Shown here piece by piece: positions 1-10,464 of a stretch of 64,000 bases of DNA. This DNA comes from an uncultured Solirubrobacterales bacterium. GTDB lineage: Bacteria > Actinomycetota > Thermoleophilia > Solirubrobacterales > 70-9. Every line of letters starts with the position of its first letter. The first letter of the stretch is position 1. The stretch is from positions 38,256 through 102,255 of the forward strand of contig CAWIVF010000006.1 of assembly GCA_963839535.1 (NCBI GenBank), given 5' to 3'. The position numbers and the translations under genes are program-made. The notes under the pieces are model-generated. The model saw only the letters and a program-made list of their open reading frames with translations. It searched no databases and was not told the DNA's origin.

Positions 1-930
1 GTCGGGCTCGGTCGCCACGGCGCGCTCGAGCCCGATCCGCACCGCCTCGATCATCGCCCGGTCGAAGGTCCGCCAGTAGGCGTAGAAGAGCAGGACCGCC
101 GCGTAGCTGCCGAGGGTCTCGGGCACCTGTCCGTCGGCGTCGCGCGCCCGGTCGCTCTGGATGGCGCCGTACGGCTGCGCCAGCGCCCGCGCGACGCGGT
201 TCGCCACCTCGTTGCGGAGCGCGATGATCTCGGAGGGGTGCAGGGTGCGCTCGAAGGTCTCGGCCCAGACGGCGCGGCCGCTCGCCGCCTCGACGAGGAG
301 GATGTCCACCTCGAAGCGGTCGGGCAGGAGCGAGGTCTGGCCGGTCACGATGTAGTCCGCGGCGAGATCGCGCCTGGCGGCCTCGAGGTCGACGTCGGCC
401 GGGTGGCGGAAGGCGGTCTCGGTGCCGAAGACGCGCAGGCCGGTGAAGCGGGCGAGCGCGATGATCAGCGACCGGGTGAAGCCGCGGGTGAAGCTCGGGA
501 AGGATGACTGGTCGCCCTCCTCCTCCAGGGCCGTCACCAGCACCCTCGGCAAGCCGTCCGGACCCTGCCGGAGCGGCGCCGGATCGGTGCGGCGGAACAC
601 CGGCACGTACCCTCCGCGCGGGATGTCGATCCGGAGGTGGCTCGCCCGGCCCTCGGTCAGATAATAGCGCTCGAGCGAGCGCCTGAGCCGGCCGGCCTCG
701 ATACGGACGATGGAATCGAGCTGCGGGTCGAAGCCCTCGTCGCGTCTGAAGACTGCGGTGGCGATGGCATAGGCCTTGATGCGCCCGGACCGCCCGGCCA
801 GCGCCTCCTCGACGACGTAGGCGAGGAAGTGGCGATTGCGCTCCGAGGCGTCGAAAGCCGGCGACGCGAGGATGCGTTGCAGCTCCGCGTGAACGGCATC
901 GGCCGAAGCGGTCTGTTCCTCCCCCACCAT
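1..930 (-). CDS. Regulatory-type protein, N-terminal 310 codons; gene runs off the left edge
   Basis: Absent from the ORF track because there is no stop in the window. My translation from the ATG at 930..928 (minus) reads MVGEEQTASADAVHAELQRILASPAFDASERNRHFLAYVVEEALAGRSGRIKAYAIATAVFRRDEGFDPQLDSIVRIEAGRLRRSLERYY... This resembles TolB-N-like/TPR regulatory proteins of alphaproteobacteria. The frame has a strong G/C third-position bias. Confidence 0.5.
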   Translation of the reverse strand, partial: MVGEEQTASADAVHAELQRILASPAFDASERNRHFLAYVVEEALAGRSGRIKAYAIATAVFRRDEGFDPQLDSIVRIEAGRLRRSLERYYLTEGRASHLRIDIPRGGYVPVFRRTDPAPLRQGPDGLPRVLVTALEEEGDQSSFPSFTRGFTRSLIIALARFTGLRVFGTETAFRHPADVDLEAARRDLAADYIVTGQTSLLPDRFEVDILLVEAASGRAVWAETFERTLHPSEIIALRNEVANRVARALAQPYGAIQSDRARDADGQVPETLGSYAAVLLFYAYWRTFDRAMIEAVRIGLERAVATEPD

Positions 931-1082
931 GCCACGGCTTCCGTATCCGCCTGGAACTCGCGCGGGATGATGCCACAGCGGCGACGCGACGGGAACCTGA
1001 AGACCGCCGTTGCTGACAGTGACGTACTTCGCAGGTCCGCGAGCCGGGCGCAGCCTGATCGCGTCTCGGACCGGGTGAGGCA

Positions 1083-1352
1083 ATGGCCAAGGCCGACATC
1101 GCACAGACCGGGCTGGCCCAGGCGGCGGCGCGATTTCCGGCGGCGGCCGCGAGGCTTCGCCGGCTCGCGCTCGCCGACCCGGGATTCCGCGAGCTCTGCG
1201 AGGAGTACGGGTTGGCGCGGCAGAGCCTCGCCCGCTTCGAGGCGCTGCCGGACGCCGCCGAGCGGCCGGAGGTCACGGACTACCGGTCCGTCATCGCCGA
1301 GCTCGAGGGCGAGATCGACCGGTTTCTGAGGGAGGCAAGACCGGGAGGCTGA
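1083..1352 (+). CDS. Small hypothetical protein (89 aa)
   Basis: ORF with GGTGAGG upstream of the ATG and coding-like codon bias. No recognisable family. Confidence 0.4.
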   Translation: MAKADIAQTGLAQAAARFPAAAARLRRLALADPGFRELCEEYGLARQSLARFEALPDAAERPEVTDYRSVIAELEGEIDRFLREARPGG

Positions 1353-1452
1353 CGGAACCCTCCAAGGAAGCTCACCGGAAATTCGGGCACGGCCCGGCTA
1401 GCCTCGGGAGGGGCGCCGGGGAGGCCGTGCCTCGCGGACATCAGGGCAGACC

Positions 1453-2922
1453 ATGAAGAAGTTCCCGACCGCCTTCACCATCCTCTTCGTGCTGATCGTC
1501 GTCGTGGCGGCGCTGACCTGGATCATTCCGGCCGGCCAGTACGAGCGCGCGATGAACGAGACGCTGGGGCGCGAGGCGCCGGTGCCTGGCACCTACGCCC
1601 TGGTCGAGCCGAACCCGCAGGGGCTGGTCGCAGTGCTGATGGCGCCGATCGCCGGGCTCTACGACCCGGCGACGGGCATGGCGAACGCCGTCGACGTCGC
1701 GGTCTTCGTGCTGATCATCGGCGGCTTCCTCGCGGTGGTGACCAAGACCGGGGCGATCGACGCCGGCATCGGCTGGCTGCTGACGGCGCTGAAGGGGCGG
1801 GAGATCTGGATGATCCCGATCCTGATGGCGGCCTTCGCCGCGGGCGGGACGAGCTACGGGATGGCGGAGGAGAGCCTCGCCTTCTACGCGATCGTGCTGC
1901 CGGTGTTCATCCGGGCGGGCTACGACGCGCTGACCGGGGTCGCGGTGATCATGCTCGGCTGCGGCATCGGCACGCTCGGCTCGACCTTCAACGCCTTCGC
2001 GACGGTGATCGCCTCGAACGCGGCGGGGGTGCCGTTCACCGACGGGCTGCTGCTGCGGGTGTTCATCCTCTTCGCCTGCCTCGCCGCCGGCATCCTCTTC
2101 GTGATGCGCTACGCGCAGCGGGTGAAGGCGGAGCCGGCGCGCTCGGTGGTGGCGGCGCAGCGCGAGGACAACATCGCGCACTTCCTCAAGGGCTCGGAGC
2201 TCGGCGCGCCGCTGCCGGAGTTCAACCGGGTGCGCGAGATCATCCTGGCGCTGTTCGGGCTCACCTTCGTGATGATGCTCTACGGGGTGATCGCGCGCGG
2301 CTGGTGGATGGGCCAGATGTCGGCGCTGTTCCTCGGCATGGCGATCGTCACCTTCTTCGTCGCGAAGTTCGACGCCTCGACGAAGATGGACGAGCACACC
2401 TTCGTCGACACCTTCGTCAACGGCGCGCGCGACCTGCTCGGGGTGGCGCTGATCATCGGCGTCGCCCGCGGCATCGTCGTGATCATGGACGCGGGCAAGA
2501 TCACCGACACCATCCTGAACGCGCTCGCCGGCACCCTCGCCGGGTTCGGCAACGTCCTCTTCATCAACGTCATGCTGGCGTTCCAGACGATCCTGTCGTT
2601 CCTGGTGCCGTCGTCGTCGGGGCTCGCGGTGCTGACGATGCCGATCCTGGCGCCGCTGTCGGACTTCGCCGGGGTGCAGCGCGACCTGACGGTCACCGCC
2701 TACCAGTCGGCGAACGGCTGGGTGAACCTGTTCAACCCGACCTTCGCGGTGGTGATGGGCGGGCTGGCGATCGGGCGGGTGGCCTACGACCGCTGGCTGC
2801 GGTTCGTCTGGCCGCTGCTGGTGATCCTCGCGGTGATCATCTCGGCGGCGCTCAGCCTCACGGCGATGATGACGGACGTGCCCGCCGCGGCCCCGGCGCC
2901 CGCAGCGGCGCCGGCGAACTGA
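1453..2922 (+). CDS. YfcC/DcuC-type multi-pass membrane carrier; by position a candidate arginine/ornithine exchanger of the ADI cluster
   Basis: 489 aa, hydrophobic throughout. N-terminus [32 protein letters not shown] is typical of the YfcC family. Sits directly upstream of arcA. Confidence 0.8.
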   Translation: MKKFPTAFTILFVLIVVVAALTWIIPAGQYERAMNETLGREAPVPGTYALVEPNPQGLVAVLMAPIAGLYDPATGMANAVDVAVFVLIIGGFLAVVTKTGAIDAGIGWLLTALKGREIWMIPILMAAFAAGGTSYGMAEESLAFYAIVLPVFIRAGYDALTGVAVIMLGCGIGTLGSTFNAFATVIASNAAGVPFTDGLLLRVFILFACLAAGILFVMRYAQRVKAEPARSVVAAQREDNIAHFLKGSELGAPLPEFNRVREIILALFGLTFVMMLYGVIARGWWMGQMSALFLGMAIVTFFVAKFDASTKMDEHTFVDTFVNGARDLLGVALIIGVARGIVVIMDAGKITDTILNALAGTLAGFGNVLFINVMLAFQTILSFLVPSSSGLAVLTMPILAPLSDFAGVQRDLTVTAYQSANGWVNLFNPTFAVVMGGLAIGRVAYDRWLRFVWPLLVILAVIISAALSLTAMMTDVPAAAPAPAAAPAN

Positions 2923-3051
2923 GGCGATGGCGAGCCGAGGCGAGCGTGGCGGCCGAAGGCTTCGGATCGTTGCGCACTTCCTCGCCGGCATCCCCATCCA
3001 CGTCGCGATCAAATGGCGCACCCGCGCCCAAGAACGGGAGGAGACCTGACC

Positions 3052-4278
3052 ATGCAACTCGGCGTCCACTCGGAGATCGGCAAGCTCCGCAAGGTGATGG
3101 TGTCGCGCCCGTCGCTCGCCCACGAGCGGCTGACGCCCGGCAACTGCCACGACCTGCTGTTCGACGACGTGATCTGGGTGCAGAAGGCGCGCTCCGACCA
3201 CGCCGACTTCGTGCTGAAGATGAAGGACCGCGGCATCGAGGTCTACGACATCCAGGACCTGCTGACCGACGTCTTCCGCGACAGCCCCGAGGCGCGCGCC
3301 TTCGTGCTCGACCGGCGGATCACCCCGAACCAGGTGGGGCCGGCGCTCGCGCGCATCCTGCGGCCGTGGCTCGACGAGCTCGACCCGCACCTGCTGGCGC
3401 GGCACCTGCTCGGCGGCGTCGTGCGCGACGACCTGCCCGCGGACATGGTGACGCCGGTGATGCGCGAGGCGCTGTCGGCGACCGAGTTCATCGTGAAGCC
3501 GGTGCCGAACGCGCTCTTCCAGCGCGACCCGTCCTGCTGGATCTACGGCGGGGTCACCTGCAACCCGATGTTCTGGCCGGCGCGCAAGCCCGAGGCGCTG
3601 TTCCAGCGCGCGGTCTACAAGTTCCACCCGGCCTTCACCAAGAACGAGTTCGAGATCTGGTGGGGCGACAGCGACGAGGACTGGGGCAACACCTCGATGG
3701 AAGGCGGCGACGTCATGCCGATCGGCAAGGGCGTCGTGCTGATCGGCATGGGCGAGCGCACCACCCGGCAGGCGGTGAACCAGGTCGCCGACCGGCTGTT
3801 CGAGAAGGGCGCCGCCGAGCGGGTCATCGCCTGCGCCATGCCGAAGTCGCGCGCGGCCATGCACCTCGACACGGTCTTCACCTGCCTCGACCACGACAAG
3901 GTGACGGCCTTCCGCGAGGTGGTGGACGAGATCACCTGCTTCTCGCTGCGGCCCGACGGCAACGGCGACGTCGAGATCACCAAGGAGGAGGGCCACCTCT
4001 TCGACGTCTACAAGGCGGCGCTGGGCCTCAACGACCTGCTGGTCGTCGGCACCGGCGGCAACGCCTTCGACGCCGAGCGCGAGCAGTGGGACGACGGCAA
4101 CAACGTCGTCGCGCTCGAGCCGGGGGTGATCGTCGGCTACGACCGCAACACCCACACCAACACGCTGCTGCGCAAGGCCGGCGTCGAGGTCATCACCATC
4201 GGCAGCCAGGAGCTCGGGCGCGGGCGCGGCGGCGGGCACTGCATGACCTGCCCGATCCTGCGCGACCCGGCCTACTGA
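3052..4278 (+). CDS. arcA: Arginine deiminase
   Basis: [20 protein letters not shown]... and the C-terminal [12 protein letters not shown] catalytic-Cys motif. GGGAGGAG Shine-Dalgarno ahead of the ATG at 3052; the ORF-track start at 3013 is probably too early. Confidence 0.93.
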   Translation: MQLGVHSEIGKLRKVMVSRPSLAHERLTPGNCHDLLFDDVIWVQKARSDHADFVLKMKDRGIEVYDIQDLLTDVFRDSPEARAFVLDRRITPNQVGPALARILRPWLDELDPHLLARHLLGGVVRDDLPADMVTPVMREALSATEFIVKPVPNALFQRDPSCWIYGGVTCNPMFWPARKPEALFQRAVYKFHPAFTKNEFEIWWGDSDEDWGNTSMEGGDVMPIGKGVVLIGMGERTTRQAVNQVADRLFEKGAAERVIACAMPKSRAAMHLDTVFTCLDHDKVTAFREVVDEITCFSLRPDGNGDVEITKEEGHLFDVYKAALGLNDLLVVGTGGNAFDAEREQWDDGNNVVALEPGVIVGYDRNTHTNTLLRKAGVEVITIGSQELGRGRGGGHCMTCPILRDPAY

Positions 4279-4292
4279 AGGGGAGGAAATCC

Positions 4293-5296
4293 ATGTCGTT
4301 CAATCTCAAGGGCCGCAGCTACCTGAAGCTCGACGACTTCAGCCAGCGCGAGATGCTCTACCTGCTCGACCTCTCGCGCGACCTGAAGCGCGCCAAGTAC
4401 GCCGGCACCGAGCAGCCGCAGCTCAAGGGCAAGGAGATCTGCCTGATCTTCGAGAAGACCTCGACCCGCACCCGCTGCGCCTTCGAGGTCGCCGCCCACG
4501 ACCAGGGGGCGCACGTCACCTACCTCGACCCCTCGGGCAGCCAGATCGGCCACAAGGAGTCGATGAAGGACACCGCCCGCGTGCTCGGGCGGATGTTCGA
4601 CGCCATCGAGTTCCGCGGCTCCGGCCAGACCAATGTCGAGGAGCTGGCGAAGTTCGCCGGCGTGCCGGTCTACAACGGCCTGACCGACGACTGGCACCCG
4701 ACGCAGATGCTCGCCGACATGCTGACCATGGTCGAGAACTCCGACAAGCCGCGGACGCAGATCGCCTACGCCTTCCTCGGCGACGCCCGCAACAACATGG
4801 GCAACTCGCTGCTTGGTGCTCGGCGCGATGATGGGCTGCGACGTGCGCATGGTGGCGCCGAAGGAGAACCAGCCGCACGACGACGTGCAGGCGATCGCGC
4901 GCAAGTGGGCCGAGCAGACCGGCGCGCGGCTGATGGTGACCGACGACATCGACAAGGGCGTGAAGGGCGTCGACTTCGTCCACACCGACGTCTGGGTGTC
5001 GATGGGCGAGGCCGAAGGAGGTCTGGGAGAGCCGGATCAAGCTGCTCACGCCCTACCAGGTCAACATGGCGCTGATGAAGAAGACCGGCAACCCGACGGT
5101 CAAGTTCATGCACTGCCTGCCGGCCTTCCACAACACCGAGACCAAGGTCGGCAAGGAGACGTTCGAGAAGTTCGGCATCTCCGAGATGGAGGTGACCGAG
5201 GAGGTGTTCGAGAGCCCGATGAACGTCGCCTTCGAGCAGGCCGAGAACCGGCTGCACACCATCAAGGCGATCCTCGTCGCCACCCTGGGGAACTGA
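4293..5296 (+). pseudogene. arcB: Catabolic ornithine carbamoyltransferase, interrupted by two +1 frameshifts (or sequencing indels)
   Basis: STRTRCAFE and HPTQMLAD motifs in frame 1. The protein continues as [16 protein letters not shown] in a second frame from about 4811-4816, and as [16 protein letters not shown]...FMHCLPAFH in a third frame from about 5011-5020. Length is 3n+2. Confidence 0.85.
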
Positions 5297-5299
5297 CCG

Positions 5300-6241
5300 A
5301 TGGGCCGCATCGTCGTCGCCCTCGGCGGCAACGCGCTGCTCAAGCGCGGCGAGGAGATGACCGCCGCCAACCAGCGCGTCAACGCCCGCATCGCCGCGGC
5401 GGCGCTGGCGCCGCTCTGCGCCGAGCACGAGGTCGTCATCACCCACGGCAACGGCCCGCAGGTCGGGCTGCTGGCGCTGCAGGAGATCGCCTACCCCGGC
5501 GAGGACGCGCCGCTCGACGTGCTCGGCGCCGAGACCGAGGGCGCGATCGGCTACATGATCGAGCAGGAGCTCGGCAACGTGCTGCCGTTCGAGAAGCCGA
5601 TCGCCACGCTCCTCACCATGGTCGAGGTCGACCCGGACGACCCGGCCTTCCAGGACCCGACCAAGTTCATCGGCAAGGTCTACGACGAGGCCGAGGCGAA
5701 GGCGGAAGCGCAGGCCAAGGGCTGGACGGTGAAGCCCGACGGCAAGCACTGGCGCCGGGTGGTGCCCTCGCCGCTGCCGCAAGCGGATCTTCCAGCTTCG
5801 CCCGATCACCTGGCTGCTCGAGAAGGGCACCGTGGTGATCGCCGCCGGCGGCGGCGGCATCCCGACCATGTACGAGAAGGGCACCCGCCGGCTGGTCGGC
5901 GTCGAATGCGTGATCGACAAGGACCGCGCCACCGCGCTCCTCGCCCGCGAGATCGGGGCCGACCATCTTCGTCTGCGCCACCGACGCCGACGCCGTCTAC
6001 CTCGACTGGGGCACGCCGGAGCAGCGGGCGATCCGCTGGGCCACGCCCGACGCGATGGACGCCTACGACTTCCCGGCCGGCTCCATGGGCCCGAAGGTGG
6101 AGGCGGCGCAGGACTTCGCCCGCGCCACCGGTGGCCGCGCGATCATCTGCGCCCTCGCGGACGTGCCCGCGGCGGTGCGCGGCGAGAAGGGCACGACGAT
6201 CGCCGACGACCCCGAGTTCGGATCCGATAAGCTTTCATTGA
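5300..6241 (+). pseudogene. arcC: Carbamate kinase, at least two +1 frameshifts and probably a third near the 3' end
   Basis: [18 protein letters not shown]...[10 protein letters not shown] in frame 1. [28 protein letters not shown] follows in a second frame after about 5779. [16 protein letters not shown]...[10 protein letters not shown] follows in a third frame after about 5963. That third frame has no stop until 6858, while the starting frame stops at 6239-6241. Confidence 0.8.
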
Positions 6242-6361
6242 GGCCCGCGATGATCGACGCATGGTCGACGACGAGCCCCCTAGGCCCGCGGCCCTCCGGC
6301 ATGGCGCGGTATCAAGTCGGAGCGCGCTGGCGCGCTTCAAATCATTCAACGGGAGGAACCC

Positions 6362-6595
6362 ATGAAGCACTTCCTTACAGCCATTGCCATCGCGACGCCG
6401 CTCGTCGTCGGAATGCCCGTCCTCGCGCAGGTCCAGCTGGATCACAATACCGCGCAGGCGTTGACCGATCTGGGGATCGACACGTCGCAGGTCACCGAGC
6501 AGGACGACGTCGGCTACATCAACCAGATCCTGGCTTCGGACGCCGACGCGACGACGAAGAAGGCGGAGATCATGGAGCTGCTCGAAGCGGAATAG
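6362..6595 (+). CDS. Small secreted protein (77 aa, signal peptide)
   Basis: GGGAGGAA SD 5 nt before the ATG. N-terminal MKHFLTAIAIATPLVVGMPVLAQ is signal-like, followed by an acidic mature part. Confidence 0.55.
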   Translation: MKHFLTAIAIATPLVVGMPVLAQVQLDHNTAQALTDLGIDTSQVTEQDDVGYINQILASDADATTKKAEIMELLEAE

Positions 6596-6867
6596 TCGTC
6601 GCCTGCTGGTGCGGCGCCGGCGGTTGGCAGGCATCTGAGTGCCAACCGCCACGCCCGCAATACCGCCGAAAGGACAACCCGATGCCGCATACAGGCATGA
6701 TCCGGAACCCGGGCGCATCCGCGGGCCGGGCGGTCTCGAGCTTCGGCAGCGGGCCGGCGCTGGCAAACGTGCCGGAGGCGGCGCGGGCCGAAAAGCGAAC
6801 CACGATCGTCGAGAACCCCGGTCCGGACGTCGGCGGAGAGGGGATCCGGTTGCGCTGAGGTCACGCC

Positions 6868-8349
6868 ATGCCCGCAAGGCGGTCCAGCACCCCCGAGCCG
6901 CTCGGCCTCGCGGCCGCCCTGCTTCCGGTGGTCGCGCTGGTCGGGCTGCTCGGCCTGTCATTCTTCCTGTTCGGCGACGCGGCCGCCTCGGGTCCGAACC
7001 AGGTGGCGCTCGTCTTCTGCTCGATCGTGGCGATCGCCGTCGCCTGGCGGCACGGGCACTCCATCGACGACCTGCGAGACGCTGCGGTCGCCAGCGTCAC
7101 CGCGGGACTTCCCGCGATCTTCATTCTCCTGTCGGTCGGCGCGCTGATCGGCACCTGGGCGCTCAGCGGCACCCTGGTCGCCATGGTCTACTACGGGCTG
7201 CAGCTCCTGAACCCCGACTACTTCTACCCGACCGCCTGCCTGATCTGCCTGGTCGCCGCCGTGTCGATCGGCAGCTCCTGGACCGTCGCCGGCACGCTCG
7301 GCATCGGCCTGATGGGGGTCGCCCGCGAGATGGGGCTCGATCCCGCCATCACCGCCGGCGCGATCATCTCCGGAGCCTACTTCGGCGACAAGCTCTCGCC
7401 GCTCTCGGGCACCGCCAACCTCGCCTGCGCCGCCGCCGGGTCCGACCTCTACGAGCACTTCGGCGAGTCGCTCCGGACCTCCGTCCCCTCGCTCGCCCTG
7501 GCGCTCGTCCTCTTCTGGTACCTCGGCTCCCCCGTGGAGTTCGACCCTGCCGGCGTGTCGGCGCGCCTCGAGGCCGCCTTCGCGCCCTCGCCGATCCACT
7601 TCGCTCCGCTGGCGCTGGTCCTCGCGCTCGCGCTCATGCGCTGGCCGCCCTTCGTCGCCATCTTTCTCGGAGCGCTGGCGGGCGGCGTCCTGGCCGTCGT
7701 GGACGCGCCCGACCGGGTCGCCGCCTTCGCCGGGGCGGACCTGCCCCATGGCCTCGCGCTCCTGAAGGGCGTCTGGGCCACGCTCTCCGGAGGCTACGTC
7801 TCGGCCACCGGCGAGCCCGCCATCGACCAGCTGCTCTCGCGGGGCGGCATGGCGAGCATGCTCGGCACCGTCTGGCTCATCCTCGTGGCGCTCGCCTTCG
7901 GCGGCTTCATCGAGCGGGCAGGCGTGCTTGAGCGCCTGATCGGCCCGCTGATCGCGGCGGCGCGGTCGGCCGGGGCGCTGGTCGCGACCCTCGTTGCCGC
8001 AGCCTTCGGCACCAACCTCCTCGCCTCGGACCAGTACATCGCCGTGGTGCTGCCGGGACGCATGTTCCGTCCGGCCTTCGAGGCGCGCCGACTCGCGCCC
8101 GTCGTGCTGTCGCGCACCCTCGGCAACTCCGCCGCCGTGACCTCGCCGCTCATTCCGTGGAACAGCTGCGGCGCCTACATGGCCGCGACGCTCGGCGTGG
8201 CCACCACCGCCTATCTCCCGTTCGCCTTCTTCAATCTCATCAATCCACTGGTCTCGATCGGCTTCGCCTTCCTCGGCTTGCGGATGCTGCGGAAGGTGGA
8301 AGCGAAGCCGCACTCCGACGTGACCGCTCCGAAGGACGACCAGCCCTGA
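6868..8349 (+). CDS. nhaC: Na+/H+ antiporter, NhaC family
   Basis: 493 aa polytopic protein with NhaC-like stretches (IGSSWTVAGTLGIGLMGVA, GAYFGDKLSPLSGTANLA, PWNSCGAYMAATLGV). Confidence 0.85.
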   Translation: MPARRSSTPEPLGLAAALLPVVALVGLLGLSFFLFGDAAASGPNQVALVFCSIVAIAVAWRHGHSIDDLRDAAVASVTAGLPAIFILLSVGALIGTWALSGTLVAMVYYGLQLLNPDYFYPTACLICLVAAVSIGSSWTVAGTLGIGLMGVAREMGLDPAITAGAIISGAYFGDKLSPLSGTANLACAAAGSDLYEHFGESLRTSVPSLALALVLFWYLGSPVEFDPAGVSARLEAAFAPSPIHFAPLALVLALALMRWPPFVAIFLGALAGGVLAVVDAPDRVAAFAGADLPHGLALLKGVWATLSGGYVSATGEPAIDQLLSRGGMASMLGTVWLILVALAFGGFIERAGVLERLIGPLIAAARSAGALVATLVAAAFGTNLLASDQYIAVVLPGRMFRPAFEARRLAPVVLSRTLGNSAAVTSPLIPWNSCGAYMAATLGVATTAYLPFAFFNLINPLVSIGFAFLGLRMLRKVEAKPHSDVTAPKDDQP

Positions 8350-8437
8350 AACAAGGGCGGGCCCATGTTCCCGGCACTTCGCCCATCACCCTCGCCGCCG
8401 TCCGCGCCGCAAACTGCCCCAAGAGGCGGAATGCCGT

Positions 8438-9559
8438 TCAGACCAATTCCGCCGTTTCAGATCCTGGCGTTTCGTTCTTCACCCAAGCCATCAGGAGCTC
8501 GTAGAAGATTCCCAGCAGGATCGGCCCGAGGAACAGCCCGATCAGGCCATAGGTCACGGTGCCGCCGATCACCCCGAGGAGGATGACGAGCATGGGCGTG
8601 GACAGTCCCCGTGCCATCAGGATGGGCTTCAGGACGTTGTCGATCACCGGGATGACAATCAGCAGAAGCGTCAGGATCAACGCCGGCCCGGTGTCCTTCG
8701 CCGACCATGCCCAGATGATGACCGGCAGCACAACGGGCACCGGTCCGACCTGAACGATGCAGAAGAGCAGCACGAGGAAGGCGATCACGCCGGCCGCCGG
8801 AACACCGAACAGAGTCAGGATGAGACCAGTGAGAAGCGCCTGGAGCAAGGCGACGCCGATCACCCCGCGCGAGATGTTGCGGATCGTCGCTCCGGCCAGA
8901 TCGACGAAGTGCGCCCCGCGATCGGCCGCTATGCGGCGGGCGAAGGTCTTGACGACTTCGCCTAGCCGCGGGCCCGGGACGAAGAGGAAGCCGGCGACTA
9001 GCACCGATACGGCAAATCCGAGCATACCGAAGCCGACGCCCGCGATCTTGCCGACGATCGCGCCGGCCGCCTGCAGCAGCGGAGGTCCGAATCGCTTCAC
9101 CGCGGCTTCGAGGTTGACGGAGGCGAGGCTCCACGCCTCATGGACCTTTTCGCCGATCACCGGCCACTCTCGCACCGACTCTGGAGGCCGCGGCACGGCC
9201 ACCGTCTGGTTTTCGAAGTCGGCGACCAGCTCCAGCGTGGTTTCGGCGACGTTGACCGTGACCGCCCCGAGCGGGGCGACGACGATCACGAGGCCCAGCA
9301 GCGTGATCAGGGTCGCCGCCAGCCCGCCGCGACCACCGAGAAGCCTCCGCAATGCCTCGAAGGCCGGATAGAGCGCCACGGCGAGGATGACGGCCCAGAT
9401 GATCATGATGAAGAAGGGCGCGAGCAGCGTCAGCGACAGATAGGCGAAGAAGCCGACAACGATCAGCCGGATCACCAGGTCGGTGAACTTCGAGTCGAAG
9501 GATTGGCCGTTGGGATTCATGTCCGTCGCGGCCGTGGGTCCAAGTTGATCGTTCTGCAT
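8438..9559 (-). CDS. AI-2E family (PerM/TqsA-like) transporter
   Basis: Multi-TM protein with the typical C-terminal ...IDNVLKPILMARGLSTPMLVILLGVIGG. Start set at MQNDQL (ATG 9559), which has a GAGAAGGA SD. Confidence 0.8.
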   Translation of the reverse strand: MQNDQLGPTAATDMNPNGQSFDSKFTDLVIRLIVVGFFAYLSLTLLAPFFIMIIWAVILAVALYPAFEALRRLLGGRGGLAATLITLLGLVIVVAPLGAVTVNVAETTLELVADFENQTVAVPRPPESVREWPVIGEKVHEAWSLASVNLEAAVKRFGPPLLQAAGAIVGKIAGVGFGMLGFAVSVLVAGFLFVPGPRLGEVVKTFARRIAADRGAHFVDLAGATIRNISRGVIGVALLQALLTGLILTLFGVPAAGVIAFLVLLFCIVQVGPVPVVLPVIIWAWSAKDTGPALILTLLLIVIPVIDNVLKPILMARGLSTPMLVILLGVIGGTVTYGLIGLFLGPILLGIFYELLMAWVKNETPGSETAELV

Positions 9560-9718
9560 GATGTCCTTCTCTGCCGGCTCGCGAACACTGCGCCCCCAGG
9601 TCCGCCGGGATACCCAGGACAGGCGGTGCGCCGCTGCCTCGACACCCGCTTGCACGAAGAGACGTGGCGGCCCGGAGCGGTTGCGTCATAATGCCGAAAG
9701 ATCCCGGCGGGAGGAACC

Positions 9719-10444
9719 ATGTCGATCGTCGAAGCCTATCTCGGCCTTGTCGCCCGCTGGCGATGGAGCTTCTTGCTGGCGTTGCTGATCGGATCGTTCG
9801 TGCTTCAGGCGGTGCTGCCAAATGGGCCCATCACCCGTCTCACGGGGTTCACGCTCTTCATGCTGATATTTGGCGGCGCCCTGTACGCCGGGCGCACCGG
9901 CCGCCGGGCGTCGCGGGCGGCGATCGCGCTGCTGCTCGCGACGGCCCTGCTCCAGATCCTCAACGTCCTCGGCGTCGCCGCGCTCGAGGGCCCGCTCACG
10001 GCCCTGGCCCTGACCATTGTCCTCGGCGCCCTCGTCGCGACCTTCGCCGAGCTGGTCGGCAACCGGGAGCCCACCGCCGACAGCCTGGTCGGCGCGATCT
10101 TCGGCTACTTCGTGATCGCCACCGCCTGCGCGCTGCTGTTTCGCCAGATGGAAGGCGCGCATCCCGGATCCTTCCGCCTCCCGGAAGGCGGGGACCTCGA
10201 TACCCAGATGCTCTATTTCAGTATCATAACCGTGACCACCGCCGGCTATGGGGACATCACGCCTGCGACATCGGTTGCGCAGATCGGCGCCGCGCTCGAA
10301 GCGGCGCTCGGCACGCTCTATCTCGCGATCCTGATCGGGCGCATTGTCGGACAACTCGCGCCCGGATTCGAGCGGCCGGCCCCGGTGCTGACGGAGCGAG
10401 CGCCATCGGATGCCGGCATCGAGAGCGATTTCGGTCCCCTATGA
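9719..10444 (+). CDS. Two-TM potassium channel family protein
   Basis: Selectivity filter signature TVTTAGYGDITP flanked by TM helices. Confidence 0.85.
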   Translation: MSIVEAYLGLVARWRWSFLLALLIGSFVLQAVLPNGPITRLTGFTLFMLIFGGALYAGRTGRRASRAAIALLLATALLQILNVLGVAALEGPLTALALTIVLGALVATFAELVGNREPTADSLVGAIFGYFVIATACALLFRQMEGAHPGSFRLPEGGDLDTQMLYFSIITVTTAGYGDITPATSVAQIGAALEAALGTLYLAILIGRIVGQLAPGFERPAPVLTERAPSDAGIESDFGPL

Positions 10445-10464
10445 ATACCGCTCGGCTCCGGTTC

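Noticed and set aside
1353-3051. An FNR/ANR-type box (TTGAT-N4-ATCAA) or ArgR box in front of the arc genes.
   Set aside because: Only an isolated ATCAA half-site (about 3008) is present. There is no matching partner at the correct spacing.
1441-4239. Very long ORFs overlapping recognised genes. Examples: 1441..4239 minus, 2304..5075 plus, 12878..15430 minus, 16670..19444 plus, 20213..22198 plus, 23072..25849 plus, 25807..27396 minus, 28511..30487 minus, 40692..43562 plus.
   Set aside because: These are typical stop-poor shadow frames of a very GC-rich genome. Their translations are monotonous Arg/Ala/Gly/Pro/Asp strings without family motifs. Each overlaps a gene with clear homology-type motifs and proper third-position GC bias in another frame or strand.
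6220-6234. GGATCCGATAAGCTT (adjacent BamHI and HindIII sites) in an AT-richer patch at the end of arcC. CGATAAGCTTT also matches the ClaI-HindIII region of pBR322 as I remember it, so I considered a cloning-vector remnant.
   Set aside because: Only 11-15 nt match, with no further vector-like sequence on either side. The match was noticed post hoc and cannot be distinguished from chance without a VecScreen-type search.
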